Below, piece after piece: positions 1 to 11,885 of a stretch of DNA of 64,000 bases (positions are counted from its first letter, which is position 1; the number at the start of each line of letters is the position of its first letter). Made by a program: the position numbers and the translations under genes. The stretch is from Lingula anatina (lineage: Eukaryota > Animalia > Brachiopoda). The notes under the pieces are model-generated. The model was not told the DNA's origin. It ran no database searches and was given only the letters and a program-made list of their open reading frames with translations. The DNA is taken from the NCBI GenBank assembly GCA_051362555.1, contig CM120640.1, positions 16,058,001 through 16,122,000 of the forward strand, given 5' to 3'.

Positions 1-19
1 TTAAATTCCTTAATTGTAC

Positions 20-1252
20 CTGTGTGTAAGATGTTTCCAAATTATCTTCATCTGCAGTGACATGGCTGTCTAAATGAATCAACCCCAAAAAGTTGAGACA
101 CAGTGGAGGAGTCAGACGACAGAGCAGGCTATGGGGGAAAAAAAATTAAAAAGACACTGGTAATGAAAATTCAAACTAAATTTTCAGATCTGTCAAAAAT
201 TTTTCTTTTACTCTGATGATTTTCAACGTGATATAAATTTCAAAAAGTCAAAATCAAAAATCTTTAATCACTTACATGCCAGCAAAGAGCAGGCTGTTGG
301 CATCAGTCTGGTGGTGGGAAGCAATGTAGTAGTAGTTGAACACACGGATCTTGAACACTGTGTAGTAAGCACACAGACTGAGATATGCTATGGTCACAAA
401 TGATGCAAGCTGAAACAAAAGAAAAAAAATAATGTATCAATGTCTGAGAACTTTTCAGTGTGACTGTACAAAAAGCAACTTTGCAAGCTTTACTATACTG
501 TGCAAGACCCCATTTATCTTAAGACAAGCAAATGTTAGAATTCAGGATATGTAGTTAAACGTCAAACTTACCACAGTGAACTCAAATGAACTCAAAGAAA
601 GAATGCATACATGTATCACATCTTTTGAAATCAAAATAAATATCAAAGAATACCCCAGGAAAAATATCTGTCAGTCAATAAAGCATCCATATGGAAAAGA
701 CACCAATTATTTTTATCATAAATTACAAGATATGTCAGACTTCATACTTACCTCAATATACAGATAGTTATAATTCTCCTTGGCAAGATTGATAAATATA
801 GCAAACAACGACAGAACAGGTTTCTTGTTGAAAAATGTGACCTCAGACCATACAACCATCATGGAGAAAATGGCCAAAATAACAGACACAATCTTCAGCA
901 CCCATGACTGGAACAAACACTTCCAGTACCACTCTGAAAAGTAAAAATTATATGATTAAATCATTACAATATATAATATGGAATAACAGTTACAGACAGT
1001 GCCTAGAACAGCTATAGTTGGATTATTCTCTGCTTATCATGTGACACTGGTTCAAAAAATAGACAAAGCTTTACATGACACATTTCCACATCATAATAAT
1101 ACATGCACAATATTGCAGGTTCCAAAATTCTAAAATCCATTACATTATTAAACAACATATGTTCAATATTCATAATCAGTAATTGTTCCCTTTATATCAA
1201 CTGCAGGTAACATAAATCAATTATGCAGCCAAGTTTAATAGTGTCTGTGCAA

Positions 1253-1313
<61 letters not shown>

Positions 1314-3972
1314 TCTAACAAGTCATACCAGCACAGGAAATATCTGACAATGCTCACCTACACTTGGACTGTGGCAAAGTTTAAAAAAGCCTTGATATTT
1401 CCCATAGGATCTCTTGAATCTTCTGTCTGGGCTCTTTAAATTAGACTCTATGTCTTCCAAGTCATATGCCTTTTGCACCAGCATGTCCCACTGGCAGTGA
1501 GTCCTGTGGTAGTTCTGAGAGGCCTGAAATAGGATAACAAGCTAGCTGTAACGACAAGAGAGAAATATGTCCACTGGTCTGGTTCTCAAGCACCATGAAA
1601 CAATAAAAAAGATTTCTGAATTTTGGGGGAAAATATGTTTACCACAGTCTATGAAGGTAAAATAGGAAAGCATATTACTATAGGATAAGGCAAGTTTTGA
1701 ATACCTTGAAGAAAGTTTTCCGAGCCAATCAATTTCTTGCATATGAACTGGTAACTGTAAGGTTTATTCCATGAATAACTTCATAATTACAAATATGCAT
1801 GGCTCTTGAGAGAAATGTTGCTTAATACGTACTGCAATGACTTTCTTGTGCAACTTAACCAAGTATTTTTCAGACGGAAGATCTCTGGGCTCCTCATAAT
1901 CCTGAAAGTCGTCCATGGCACCTCGCTTCACAGATTTCTGGAATTCTTCAGGACACTGGAAAACACATAGAGATACGTAAGGCTCTCTATTCACCTAATC
2001 CACTCTACCCTCCTCCCTCACCCCCACTTCCACATTTAAAAAAAATCTATCACAGATCTATCACTCATAAAAATTATATACCATGCATAGTACTTCTTAC
2101 CTTTTCTATCACAGTGTCCACATGCTTCCTCAATGGATTGTTATATCTCAGAACCTCTGAGGCTTTCCTGATATCCTTGAAAATAAGAATAAAGGCTTTA
2201 GTAAGTCTATTTATCATGCAAACATAACACAAAAGGCAAGCCAATTTTCAGTGACATCATTATAGTTGTTCAACAAAGCAAACACCAAAATGAGCCCCAG
2301 TTCAAAGCAACCCCTACCTCCAGTACATCCTCCAGGTTCTCCTCAGACTCTGTCCTCTCTGTGCTCAGCTTGGCCAGCTTGAAATAGGTGGTAGTCAGCT
2401 GGTGCCCTCTGGTGGAATTATACCACACTGTCCTGGGTACCTCCACCAGCCCATAACCTAGCAGGAACACCAACAGAAACAACCCCCAAGTATTGCTGGC
2501 TGTGATGCCTATAACTTTTAACTTGTCCCTGATAAAAAAATAGTATTATTTGTATTATTATAAAAGTGATTTTAAATGAAAAGCAAAAATATTAAAACAG
2601 AATTGTAAACTAAGGCTGCGTTCACATGAAAAATCTATTTTCTAAAAATCTAAAAATCTATTTGCTGTATCTTGTGATCACGGACTGTACCCTGAATACC
2701 CCGCGGCATAATTACTGGCAGCGACAATAATTAATTACAGCTTTGGTAGTAACTGGCTCGCACTGCCCGTAATTACGCCGTGGGGTATTCAGGGCACAGA
2801 CCGTGATCACAAGATACCGCAAATAGATTTTTAGATTTTTAGAAAATAGATTTTTCGTGTGAACACAGCCTAAGATATGGTGTTTATTTATTTACTCGAT
2901 ATCACATTTCCATTATATTACCCAACATATCATGTCCACCTTTATTAAGGTTTCTTTCAGATATTAGCATACTTATTCAAACTTCATATTAAGTTTCACA
3001 TAAGATTGCTACTTAAATTCACAGACTTATTCTGTGCAATATACATTGTACATATCCAGATTTCATTTCATGACCTGCTGACTGGCATACTGACTACGTA
3101 ATGACAATAGCTGGACCAAATACCCTTCAGAACATTTTATGGGAAAAACAGTGTCTCCTTGGAGTACATACCCACTGAAATGAATATCTGGCCTTGCTGC
3201 CACATAGATCAGACATATTCCAAAAATAAGGAGGTAGCTTCCATAGTAGATAGCATTCTCAATGAGGGCAGACTTGATCTTTCCTGCTGCAGTGAAATCT
3301 CCAGCATTGGCATATGACTGCATCAAAGGAAGAATCAACCTGATAAGGAAAATGGATAAAAATTAAACAAAATTTCATAATATTTATCTGTACTACACAC
3401 AAGCCACTCTGTGTTATAAATACAGCTATAAAATTTTAAAACATCAAATGCATCCTGTTTTTCAGCATTCTTTCATGATCCTGTTTATTTTTTTTCTTTA
3501 TGTTAACCAATGGTTGACAAGGAATCAAAATGTGTGATGATGTGCATATATATCTGTAACATTCAAATCTGCTTTCTAAATGAGAATTACCCACCATACA
3601 CAGTGACAATAAACAATACACCTAGTACAACTCGATACATACCATGTCAATACTTGTGATGTCCAGTACACAACATGCCACAGAGAAGGCAGGACATAGG
3701 CTGGTACAAATGACCAGGGGACCTCGCATGAACTGGCTGTAGTGCCCAGACCCTCTGCCTCCCTCCTGGCTCTAAATACTGGGGTTGCTGTTGTAGTAGA
3801 GCTACCATTGCTGACCACTGTCACATTGTCCAAAGGAACCGTGGTTGATTCATTCTGTGGGACAAGGGTCGTTGGGGGTTCGTTCTCATGTAAGCACTGT
3901 CTATAGAATGTCTGTAGAATAGAAACAAAAATACTTTGCTCCACAACATGTTGTTGTCAATGAAAAAAAATA

Positions 3973-4017
<45 letters not shown>

Positions 4018-4363
4018 AATAAATAAATAAATAAATAAATAACCTTATGCCTTGCTGGTGTGACAGTTTTTATCTTATGAAAGCAGTTTTGTAACATGCT
4101 TTAGACAAAGTGGAGACGCAGAGATCCTTTACCCTTGTCTATATTAATAAATTTTAACAGGTGGAGAATATTATCTGTTCCTAACTTACCGAAGATACAT
4201 CCAAAGGCAACATAAAAATAATCATGAATGAGAAATACCATGACACAAATGTTGCAATGGTGACCAGTATATGTTGCTTTCTCCAGTTACCATAGTGATG
4301 CAGAAGGAAAGCTGATAACACACAGACTAGGCCTATGTCCACAATCAGTGGCCCTATGCTCAT
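20..4363 (-). CDS. LMBRD2: LMBR1 domain-containing protein 2 (partial; 3' exons lie beyond the window start)
   Basis: Ten phase-compatible GT-AG exons: 4363-4190, 3911-3643, 3339-3172, 2528-2318, 2175-2101, 1955-1833, 1523-1358, 933-752, 409-276, 128-20. Translation shows LMBRD2 motifs [83 protein letters not shown] and [19 protein letters not shown]. Confidence 0.93.
1253..1311. repeat. (AAT)n microsatellite, LMBRD2 intron
   Basis: Direct reading of the sequence. Confidence 0.95.
2614..2870. mobile_element. PIF/Harbinger (Tourist-like) MITE in an LMBRD2 intron
   Basis: Near-complete palindrome GGCTGCGTTCACATGAAAAATCTATTTT...AAAATAGATTTTTCGTGTGAACACAGCC, flanked by a TAA target-site duplication (2611-2613 and 2871-2873). 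Confidence 0.88.
3972..4042. repeat. (TAT)n/(AAAT)n microsatellite
   Basis: Direct reading of the sequence. Confidence 0.9.
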
Positions 4364-4883
4364 GTTGAGAACTCCACACCAGTTCAGTTGAACTTATCTG
4401 GAAAATTTTAGGGATAAAATATAGTAAAATGAATGCAAAAGACATATTCTTTAATCTCATTCACAATTGAATTTGGCAGCTCACATATTGTCCTAAGTAT
4501 TAACTTATTTAAATGCTATCAAAACATCCACGTCGTCCATGGCATTACCAGCTGGAAGATGAAAATCTACAATCTTAAGGAAACCTTAACCGGTTTCACG
4601 GCCCTAGACATGTATATACAATAAAGGTAAAACGTGTACAAAAAGCGAAATAACCAAATCCATATGTGAATAGATGTCTGAATAAGCTGCAATGTTCTCT
4701 TATCCAAAACTTATTGATAAATACTGCCTTTGTTTAGATGTCAATGTCACACCAGTCTTATAGGAAAACATCAGAAGTGAAGTCTTTTTTGGCAAAGTTG
4801 CATTCACTACCTACATAAACAAGCGAAATTTATGTATAGTTTGCATATAAGGATAATTTCTTTTATATTAAAAATCGTCTTAC

Positions 4884-5160
4884 CTAATTAACATACAGAC
4901 GCGCCAGCGTCACAAACCTTTGCCATGAATCATAATGCCGTTAACTATGTCAAAATTATAGATTTTTCACTTTTTCGCTTAGCAGTAGAGCGGAAGTGCC
5001 ACGCGTTCGCATGCGCAATATACTTCCTTTGATAGTACGCGCAAAGCAGATGCGCAAACACACTGCAGCTTTGTATGGGTAAAAAACTTGCCTTTCTCGT
5101 GATATTGCGATGATTATTGTAAGCAAACAAGCCGTCACGTGGATAGAAACAATCGTAAGT
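4884..5160. promoter_or_regulatory. Putative bidirectional CpG-rich promoter of LMBRD2 (-) and CRCP (+)
   Basis: Local CpG enrichment. ETS site CGGAAGTG at 4991-4998, NRF1-like TCGCATGCGCA at 5007-5017, E-box GTCACGTG at 5134-5141. Outward-facing splice donors: minus AG|GTAAGA at 4883 and plus C|GTAAGT at 5155. Confidence 0.62.
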
Positions 5161-6222
5161 ACAAACCCATTGTTTACATACAGATATCGTATCCTTAAAA
5201 AATCTTTTTGTATATGAGATATCATAATAAGTAAAAAAACAACAACATGGACTTTGACACCAACCCTTGCCAAGGGACTTGGTACCAGGAACTTTGCCAC
5301 AATTTTTTACTGGGACCAGCTTCCTGATTCAAGTGAACTCAGTGACCTAAAAGAAATTTTGTGCAATACTAACAGCAAAAAGTAAACTATTTCAATTAAA
5401 TGTGAGTCATTGTGTTCAGTAATGCCTGGGAAATAAAGATAATTATCAAATAGTAATTTTGCTTTGGTTGAATAATAATTGTACCACCAGCGTTAGCGCT
5501 GGCGGTACACATGGTTTCGGTCTCGTCCGGATCGTTCCGCCGGCTCCGCCGGCTCCGCCGGACGGCTACCGTTACCGCTTCTCCTCCTAGACGGTAAGGC
5601 CCCCCATACCCATCTCATGGATTTAGGTCACCTATAATCTCAACTCGTTCCACGTAAAATTTGGGCTTTGTCGGTATTGGGGTCTGGGTGTGGCACTCAT
5701 TGCAATGCACCCTTGTCCAAAAATGGCAAAATTAAATGCTAATTATCTACCCTACGGAAGGAGTTACGGGAAAATTTTCTACAGACGGCTTTCCAAAAGT
5801 CATATGTGTAGATTTCAAATATACCCTCGGATTTGACCTTTGACCTTTACTTCAAGGTCAAATGGGCCAAAATTTTCAAAAAAATGAAATTTTTTACGAA
5901 AAAAAAATTTTTTGCCCTGTTATTCAGACACCACACAGACTTAACCAATAATATTATTGGAAAGTGTTACCCTTCAGGTCATCTTTCATCTCCGTGAATT
6001 TGGGGTCAATCGGTGCATTTTCACAGGAGTAGCGGCCATAAGATACCGAAACTGAAAACTGTCTCTAATTCGGGAACCGTTAATGCTAGAGACCCATTCT
6101 TTTTTGCATTTTGTAGAGCATGTAAAGCCCAACACTGGAGGTGGTCTCGGTTTTTTTGTATTCCATACGGTTTTCGAGTTACGCTGTATCAAAAAGTACA
6201 TATTGGTGGTGAAAGGAAAATG

Positions 6223-6308
6223 TACGGAAGCCCACTGGTGCCATATGTAGAAAAAAAAAATTATCTCGAAATTTCGAGATACTATTTTGAAATTTGAACA
6301 AAAAAATT
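6223..6308. mobile_element. Truncated left end of the IS3EU-like MITE within the duplicated HINE 5' arm
   Basis: TACGGAAGCCCACTGGTGCCATATGTAG... matches 7041 onward and stops where the second HINE 5' end begins (6309). Confidence 0.8.
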
Positions 6309-7040
6309 TACCACCAGCGTTAGCGCTGGCGGTACACGTGGTTTCGGTCCCGTCCGGTCCGTTCCGCCGGCTCCGCTGCCATGTTACCGTTACCGCTTCT
6401 CCTCCTAGACGGTAAGGGCCCCCGTACCCATCTCATGGATTTAGGTCACCTATAATCTCAACTCGTTCCACGTAAAATTTGGGCTTTGTCGGTATTGGGG
6501 TCTGGGTGTGGCACTCATTGCAATGCACCCTTGTCTAAAAATGGCAAAATTAAATGCTAATTATCTACCCTACAGAAGGAGTTACGGGAAAAATTTCTAT
6601 AGACGGCTTTCCAAAAGTCATATGTGTAGATTTCAAATATACCCTCGGATTTGACCTTTGACCTTTACTTCAAGGTCAAATGGGTCAAAATTTTCAAAAA
6701 AATGAAATTTTTTACGAAAAAAAATTTTTTTGCCCTGTTATTCAGACGCCACACAGACTTAACCAATAATATTATTGGAAATTGTTACCCTTCAGGTCAT
6801 CTTTCATCTCCGTGAATTTGGGGTCAATCGGTGCATTTTCACAGGAGTAGCGGCCATAAGATACCGAAACTGAAAACTGTCTCTAATTCGGGAACCGTTA
6901 ATGCTAGAGACCCATTCTTTTTTGCATTTTGTAGAGCATGTAAAGCCCAACACTGGAGGTGGTCTCGTTTTTTTTGTATTCCATACGGTTTTCGAGTTAC
7001 GCTGTATCAGAAAGTACATATTGGTGGTGAAAGGAAAATG

Positions 7041-7332
7041 TACGGAAGCCGACTGGTGCCATATGTAGAAAAAAAAATTATCTCGAAATTTCGAGATACT
7101 ATTTTGAAATTTGAACAAAAAAAATTTTTATCTCGAAATTTCGAGATAGCATTTTGAAATTTGAACAAAAAAAAAATTATCTCGAAATTTCGAGATAGCA
7201 TTTTGATATTTAAGCAAAAAAATTTATCTCGAAATTTCGAGATAGTATTTTGAAATTTGAACAGAAAAAATGCTATCTCGAAATTTCGAGATAATTTTTT
7301 TTTTCAACATATGGCACCAGTCGGCTTCCGTA
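7041..7332. mobile_element. MITE with TAC..GTA termini and 6-bp TSD (IS3EU-like), nested in HINE copy A
   Basis: 25-bp TIRs TACGGAAGCCGACTGGTGCCATATG / CATATGGCACCAGTCGGCTTCCGTA. AAAATG is duplicated at 7035-7040 and 7333-7338. Five internal ~49-bp units each contain the palindrome TATCTCGAAATTTCGAGATA. The empty site is visible in HINE copy C (~55325-55335). Confidence 0.85.
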
Positions 7333-7581
7333 AAAATGTGCAGTACGGTAATGGATAATAAATTTTGAACTCCGGAAAAATAAAACATAATGCTTGGCAA
7401 AGCAGACAACTTGTGGTCAAAAATGACATTATTTTATCAAATTTAAACTTCTGCAACTTCAGAGAACCTCCCATTTCAAGAACTTTGACCAAAATGACCT
7501 TTTCTTTATTTTAATTAATTTTTTCTGTAGGAAATTTATGGCACATTATGGTAACTCCAAAATTATAACATTTAGTCCCTT

Positions 7582-10470
7582 ATATCTCCAAAACTGGCAG
7601 AGATAGGTCCATAGTTACTATTGAAGTTGAATAGGAAGTCATATACTGGCAATCTTACTGTGACCTTGACATTGACCTTTGACCTACTTTTCACCATGAA
7701 CTGAACTTTGCAAATTTTGCTTCCCTTTTATCTCCAAAACTGGCAGAGATAGGTCCATAGTTACTATTGAAGTTGAATAGGAAGTCATATACTGGCAATC
7801 TTACTGTGACCTTGAAATTGACCTTTGACCTACTTATCACCATGAACTGAACTTTGCAAATTTTGCTTCCCTTTTATCTCCAAAACTGGCAGAGATAGGT
7901 CCATAGTTACTATTGAACTTGAATAGGAAGTCATATACTGGCAATTTTACTGTGACCTTGAAATTGACCTTTGACCTACTTTTCACCTTGAACTGAACTT
8001 TGCAAAATTTGCTTCCCTTTTATCTCCAAAACTGGCAGAGATAGGTCCATAGTTACTATTGAACTTGCATAGGAAGTCATATACTGGCAATTTTACTGTG
8101 ACCTTGAAATTGACCTTTGACCTTCTTTTCACCATGAACTGAACTTTGCAAATTTTGCTTCCCTTTTATCTCCAAAACTGGCAGAGATAGGTCCATAGTT
8201 ACTATTGAAGTTGAATAGGAAGTCATATACTGGCAATCTTACTGTGACCTTGAAATTGACCTTTGACCTACTTTTCACCATGAACTGAACTTTGCAAATT
8301 TTGCTTCCCTTTTATCTCCAAAACTGGCAGAGATAGGTCCATAGTTACTATTGAAGTTGAATAGGAAGTCATATACTGGCAATCTTACTGTGACCTTGAA
8401 ATTGACCTTTGACCTACTTTTCACCTTGAACTGAACTTTGCAAAATTTGCTTCCCTTTTATCTCCAAAACTGGCAGAGATAGGTCCATAGTTACTATTGA
8501 ACTTGCGTAGGAAGTCATATACTGGCAATTTTACTGTGACCTTGAAATTGACCTTTGACCTTCTTTTCACCATGAACTGAACTTTGCAAATTTTGCTTCC
8601 CTTTTATCTCCAAAACTGGCAGAGATAGGTCCATAGTTACTATTGAACTTGAATAGGAAGTCATATACTGGCAATTTTACTGTGACCTTGAAATTGACCT
8701 TTGACCTACTTTTCACCTTGAACTGAACTTTGCAAAATTTGCTTCCCTTTTATCTCCAAAACTGGCAGAGATAGGTCCATAGTTACTATTGAACTTGCAT
8801 AGGAAGTCATATACTGGCAATTTTACTGTGACCTTGAAATTGACCTTTGACCTTCTTTTCACCTTGAACTGAACTTTGCAAAATTTGCTTCCCTTTTATC
8901 TCCAAAACTGGCAGAGATAGGTCCATAGTTACTATTGAACTTGCATAGGAAGTCATATACTGGCAATTTTACTGTGACCTTGAAATTGACCTTTGACCTA
9001 CTTTTCACCTTGAACTGAACTTTGCAAAATTTGCTTCCCTTTTATCTCCAAAACTGGCAGAGATAGGTCCATAGTTACTATTGAACTTGCATAGGAAGTC
9101 ATATACTGGCAATTTTACTGTGACCTTGAAATTGACCTTTGACCTTCTTTTCACCTTGAACTGAACTTTGCAAAATTTGCTTCCCTTTTATCTCCAAAAC
9201 TGGCAGAGATAGGTCCATAGTTACTATTGAACTTGAATAGGAAGTCATATACTGGCAATTTTACTGTGACCTTGAAATTGACCTTTGACCTACTTTTCAC
9301 CTTGAACTGAACTTTGCAAAATTTGCTTCCCTTTTATCTCCAAAACTGGCAGAGATAGGTCCATAGTTACTATTGAACTTGCATAGGAAGTCATATACTG
9401 GCAATTTTACTGTGACCTTGAAATTGACCTTTGACCTTCTTTTCACCATGAACTGAACTTTGCAAATTTTGCTTCCCTTTTATCTCCAAAACTGGCAGAG
9501 ATAGGTCCATAGTTACTATTGAAGTTGAATAGGAAGTCATATACTGGCAATCTAAATGTGACCTTGAAATTGACCTTTGACCTACTTTTCACCATGAACT
9601 GAACTTTGCAAATTTTGCTTCCCTTTTATCTCCAAAACTGGCAGAGATAGGTCCATAGTTACTATTGAAGTTGAATAGGAAGTCATATACTGGCAATCTT
9701 ACTGTGACCTTGAAATTGACCTTTGACCTACTTATCACCATGAACTGAACTTTGCAAAATTTGCTTCCCTTTTATCTCCAAAACTGGCAGAGATAGGTCC
9801 ATAGTTACTATTGAACTTGAATAGGAAGTCATATACTGGCAATTTTACTGTGACCTTGAAATTGACCTTTGACCTACTTTTCACCTTGAACTGAACTTTG
9901 CAAAATTTGCTTCCCTTTTATCTCCAAAACTGGCAGAGATAGGTCCATAGTTACTATTGAACTTGCATAGGAAGTCATATACTGGCAATTTTACTGTGAC
10001 CTTGAAATTGACCTTTGACCTTCTTTTCACCATGAACTGAACTTTGCAAATTTTGCTTCCCTTTTATCTCCAAAACTGGCAGAGATAGGTCCATAGTTAC
10101 TATTGAAGTTGAATAGGAAGTCATATACTGGCAATCTAAATGTGACCTTGAAATTGACCTTTGACCTACTTTTCACCATGAACTGAACTTTGCAAATTTT
10201 GCTTCCCTTTTATCTCCAAAACTGGCAGAGATAGGTCCATAGTTACTATTGAAGTTGAATAGGAAGTCATATACTGGCAATCTTACTGTGACCTTGAAAT
10301 TGACCTTTGACCTACTTTTCACCATGAACTGAACTTTGCAAATTTTGCTTCCCTTTTATCTCCAAAACTGGCAGAGATAGGTCCATAGTTACTATTGAAG
10401 TTGGATAGGAAGTCATATACTGGCAATTTACTGTGACCTTGAAATTGACCTTTGACCTACCTTACAATGA
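7582..10470 (+). repeat. 146-bp satellite array (~20 units) inside HINE copy A
   Basis: TATCTCCAAAACTGGCAGAGATAGGTCC recurs with an exact 146-bp period (anchor at 7590, 7736, 7882 ... 10364). Confidence 0.97.
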
Positions 10471-11885
10471 ACTTAACTTTGATTGCACCATTTTTAGTTA
10501 TATATATTTTTTGCATATTTTGAAAATTCTTGTTGATTGCATTTTTACAGCTTGTCAAGCACAAGACTGGTGGCTGCACCCCTTATTTTGTGTATGTGGG
10601 GGTCTATACGAATGCGCTTGCTCCAGCTGGTGGTACAATATTCGGAGGCGGTATCGCCTCTCTGATCCTCTAGTTGAATATCTGCAGTTGTGCAATTGGG
10701 TGTACAATGAAACCTTTCATTACAACTTACTTGCACAAAGCACCATGTTATCTCAGAATAGTCAATACATTCAAATAATTACCTCATGCTAGAGTTTCTA
10801 AAATGTAATTGCGAGTGGTCACTGCATTAAAATGGATGATTTTACACACATTTTTACTCTCAACTAAACTCCATCCCCACATTAATTCGTTTAGATATTC
10901 AAGTATGGAAATGGTATGTACCCTACATTGACTAAATATGTTAATTAAAGCTCCATGGTGCATAATGTTTGGTTTCCATTCTTGAAAAAGGTCTCTTATT
11001 TACCCTATCATATAGGCTTCTCTGCATGCTTAACAATAACAGTCACTGCCATGTATAAAAAGGTCTTAAAAGAGAGCTTTGCAAACCACATCTTCGTATG
11101 TGTAAAAATTATATGAAAACATATCTTACTACACCATATTGTGTTGAAGATTTGTATCCAAAAACAAAAAGTAAAAATAAAACAGACTAAGAAAGGAAAA
11201 GAAAAACACCTGTTTTAATGGCCGACAAACTATCAGATTTTGCATCAGCATTCATTGAGCTTGAAAGCGAGAGCACCTGCTTTTGGAGTTATGTCCATCT
11301 ACTACACATGGAAGTATTTTATTTCATGCCAATATAACCGAATTATTACTGATCTCTGATTTTCTACACGTCATTTTAGTGGATAAATGATCGTTATCGT
11401 TCTACGATTAGGTCAGTTAAATTTTATTATATGTAAAACACATGTTCAGGTGTCTTCTGATTTGAAAAGGTAGTAAACTAATCTTAAGGGTTAGGCATTG
11501 CAGAAAACATAACAATCTTCACTTATCTCTCCATATCCTTGTTGAAACATGACTTATGGCAACCTATGCCTAGCCAGTGTTAACTTACAATGTAAACAGT
11601 GCCCAATTTTTTCATTAATTTCAGATCTTGGCAGTAATTGTGATCACATCTTGGGTTTATGTCATTGCTGCAGGCAGGTTTGCATCTCTGAAGTTTATAC
11701 CTGCATCACAGTGAGAATTACCAGAGAGAGAGAAGCCTTGAAAGACAAGTGATTTATGTGAGATCTCCAGAAATTTTTTAATTCACCAATCATTTAAAAA
11801 TTAACAGAGACTTAGCAGTTCGCTATCACTTGTGAAGTAATGAAATGCCCTGTTGGCCCTTCAAGAAGGTTCCAATGGATGCAAG

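Larger units (their letters stand above)
5479..10673 (+). mobile_element. Helentron-associated non-autonomous element (HINE/DINE-1-like), copy A, with duplicated 5' arm and internal satellite
   Basis: 5' subTIR TTGTACCACCAGC (5479-5491) is embedded in the hairpin GTACCACCAGCG-TTAG-CGCTGGCGGTAC and followed by a CCGGCTCCG microrepeat. Internal tandem array. 3' subTIR GCTGGTGGTACAA (10626-10638), then hairpin GAGGCG-GTAT-CGCCTC (10645-10660) and CTAG|TT end. Homologous copies at 29897-30857 and 54036-56063. Confidence 0.88.

Noticed and set aside
7079-7293. Palindromic 20-bp repeats with ~29-bp spacers resembling a mini-CRISPR
   Set aside because: The spacers are near-identical to each other, and the block lies between MITE TIRs with a TSD.
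5986-7492. Recurrent short ORFs ([10 protein letters not shown].., MHFHRSSGHK.., MVKVLEMGG..) also seen at 55174-55564
   Set aside because: They recur only because they lie in HINE copies; they show no recognisable Rep/helicase motifs and overlap on both strands.
7582-10470. CRISPR-like regular repeat array
   Set aside because: The units are contiguous near-identical 146-bp monomers without unique spacers, there are no cas genes, and the context is eukaryotic and intron-rich.
5468-10680. TTGAATA on both flanks of HINE copy A as a target-site duplication
   Set aside because: The left copy is separated from the terminus by several bases, and Helentron-type elements insert at TT without true TSDs; likely chance in AT-rich DNA.
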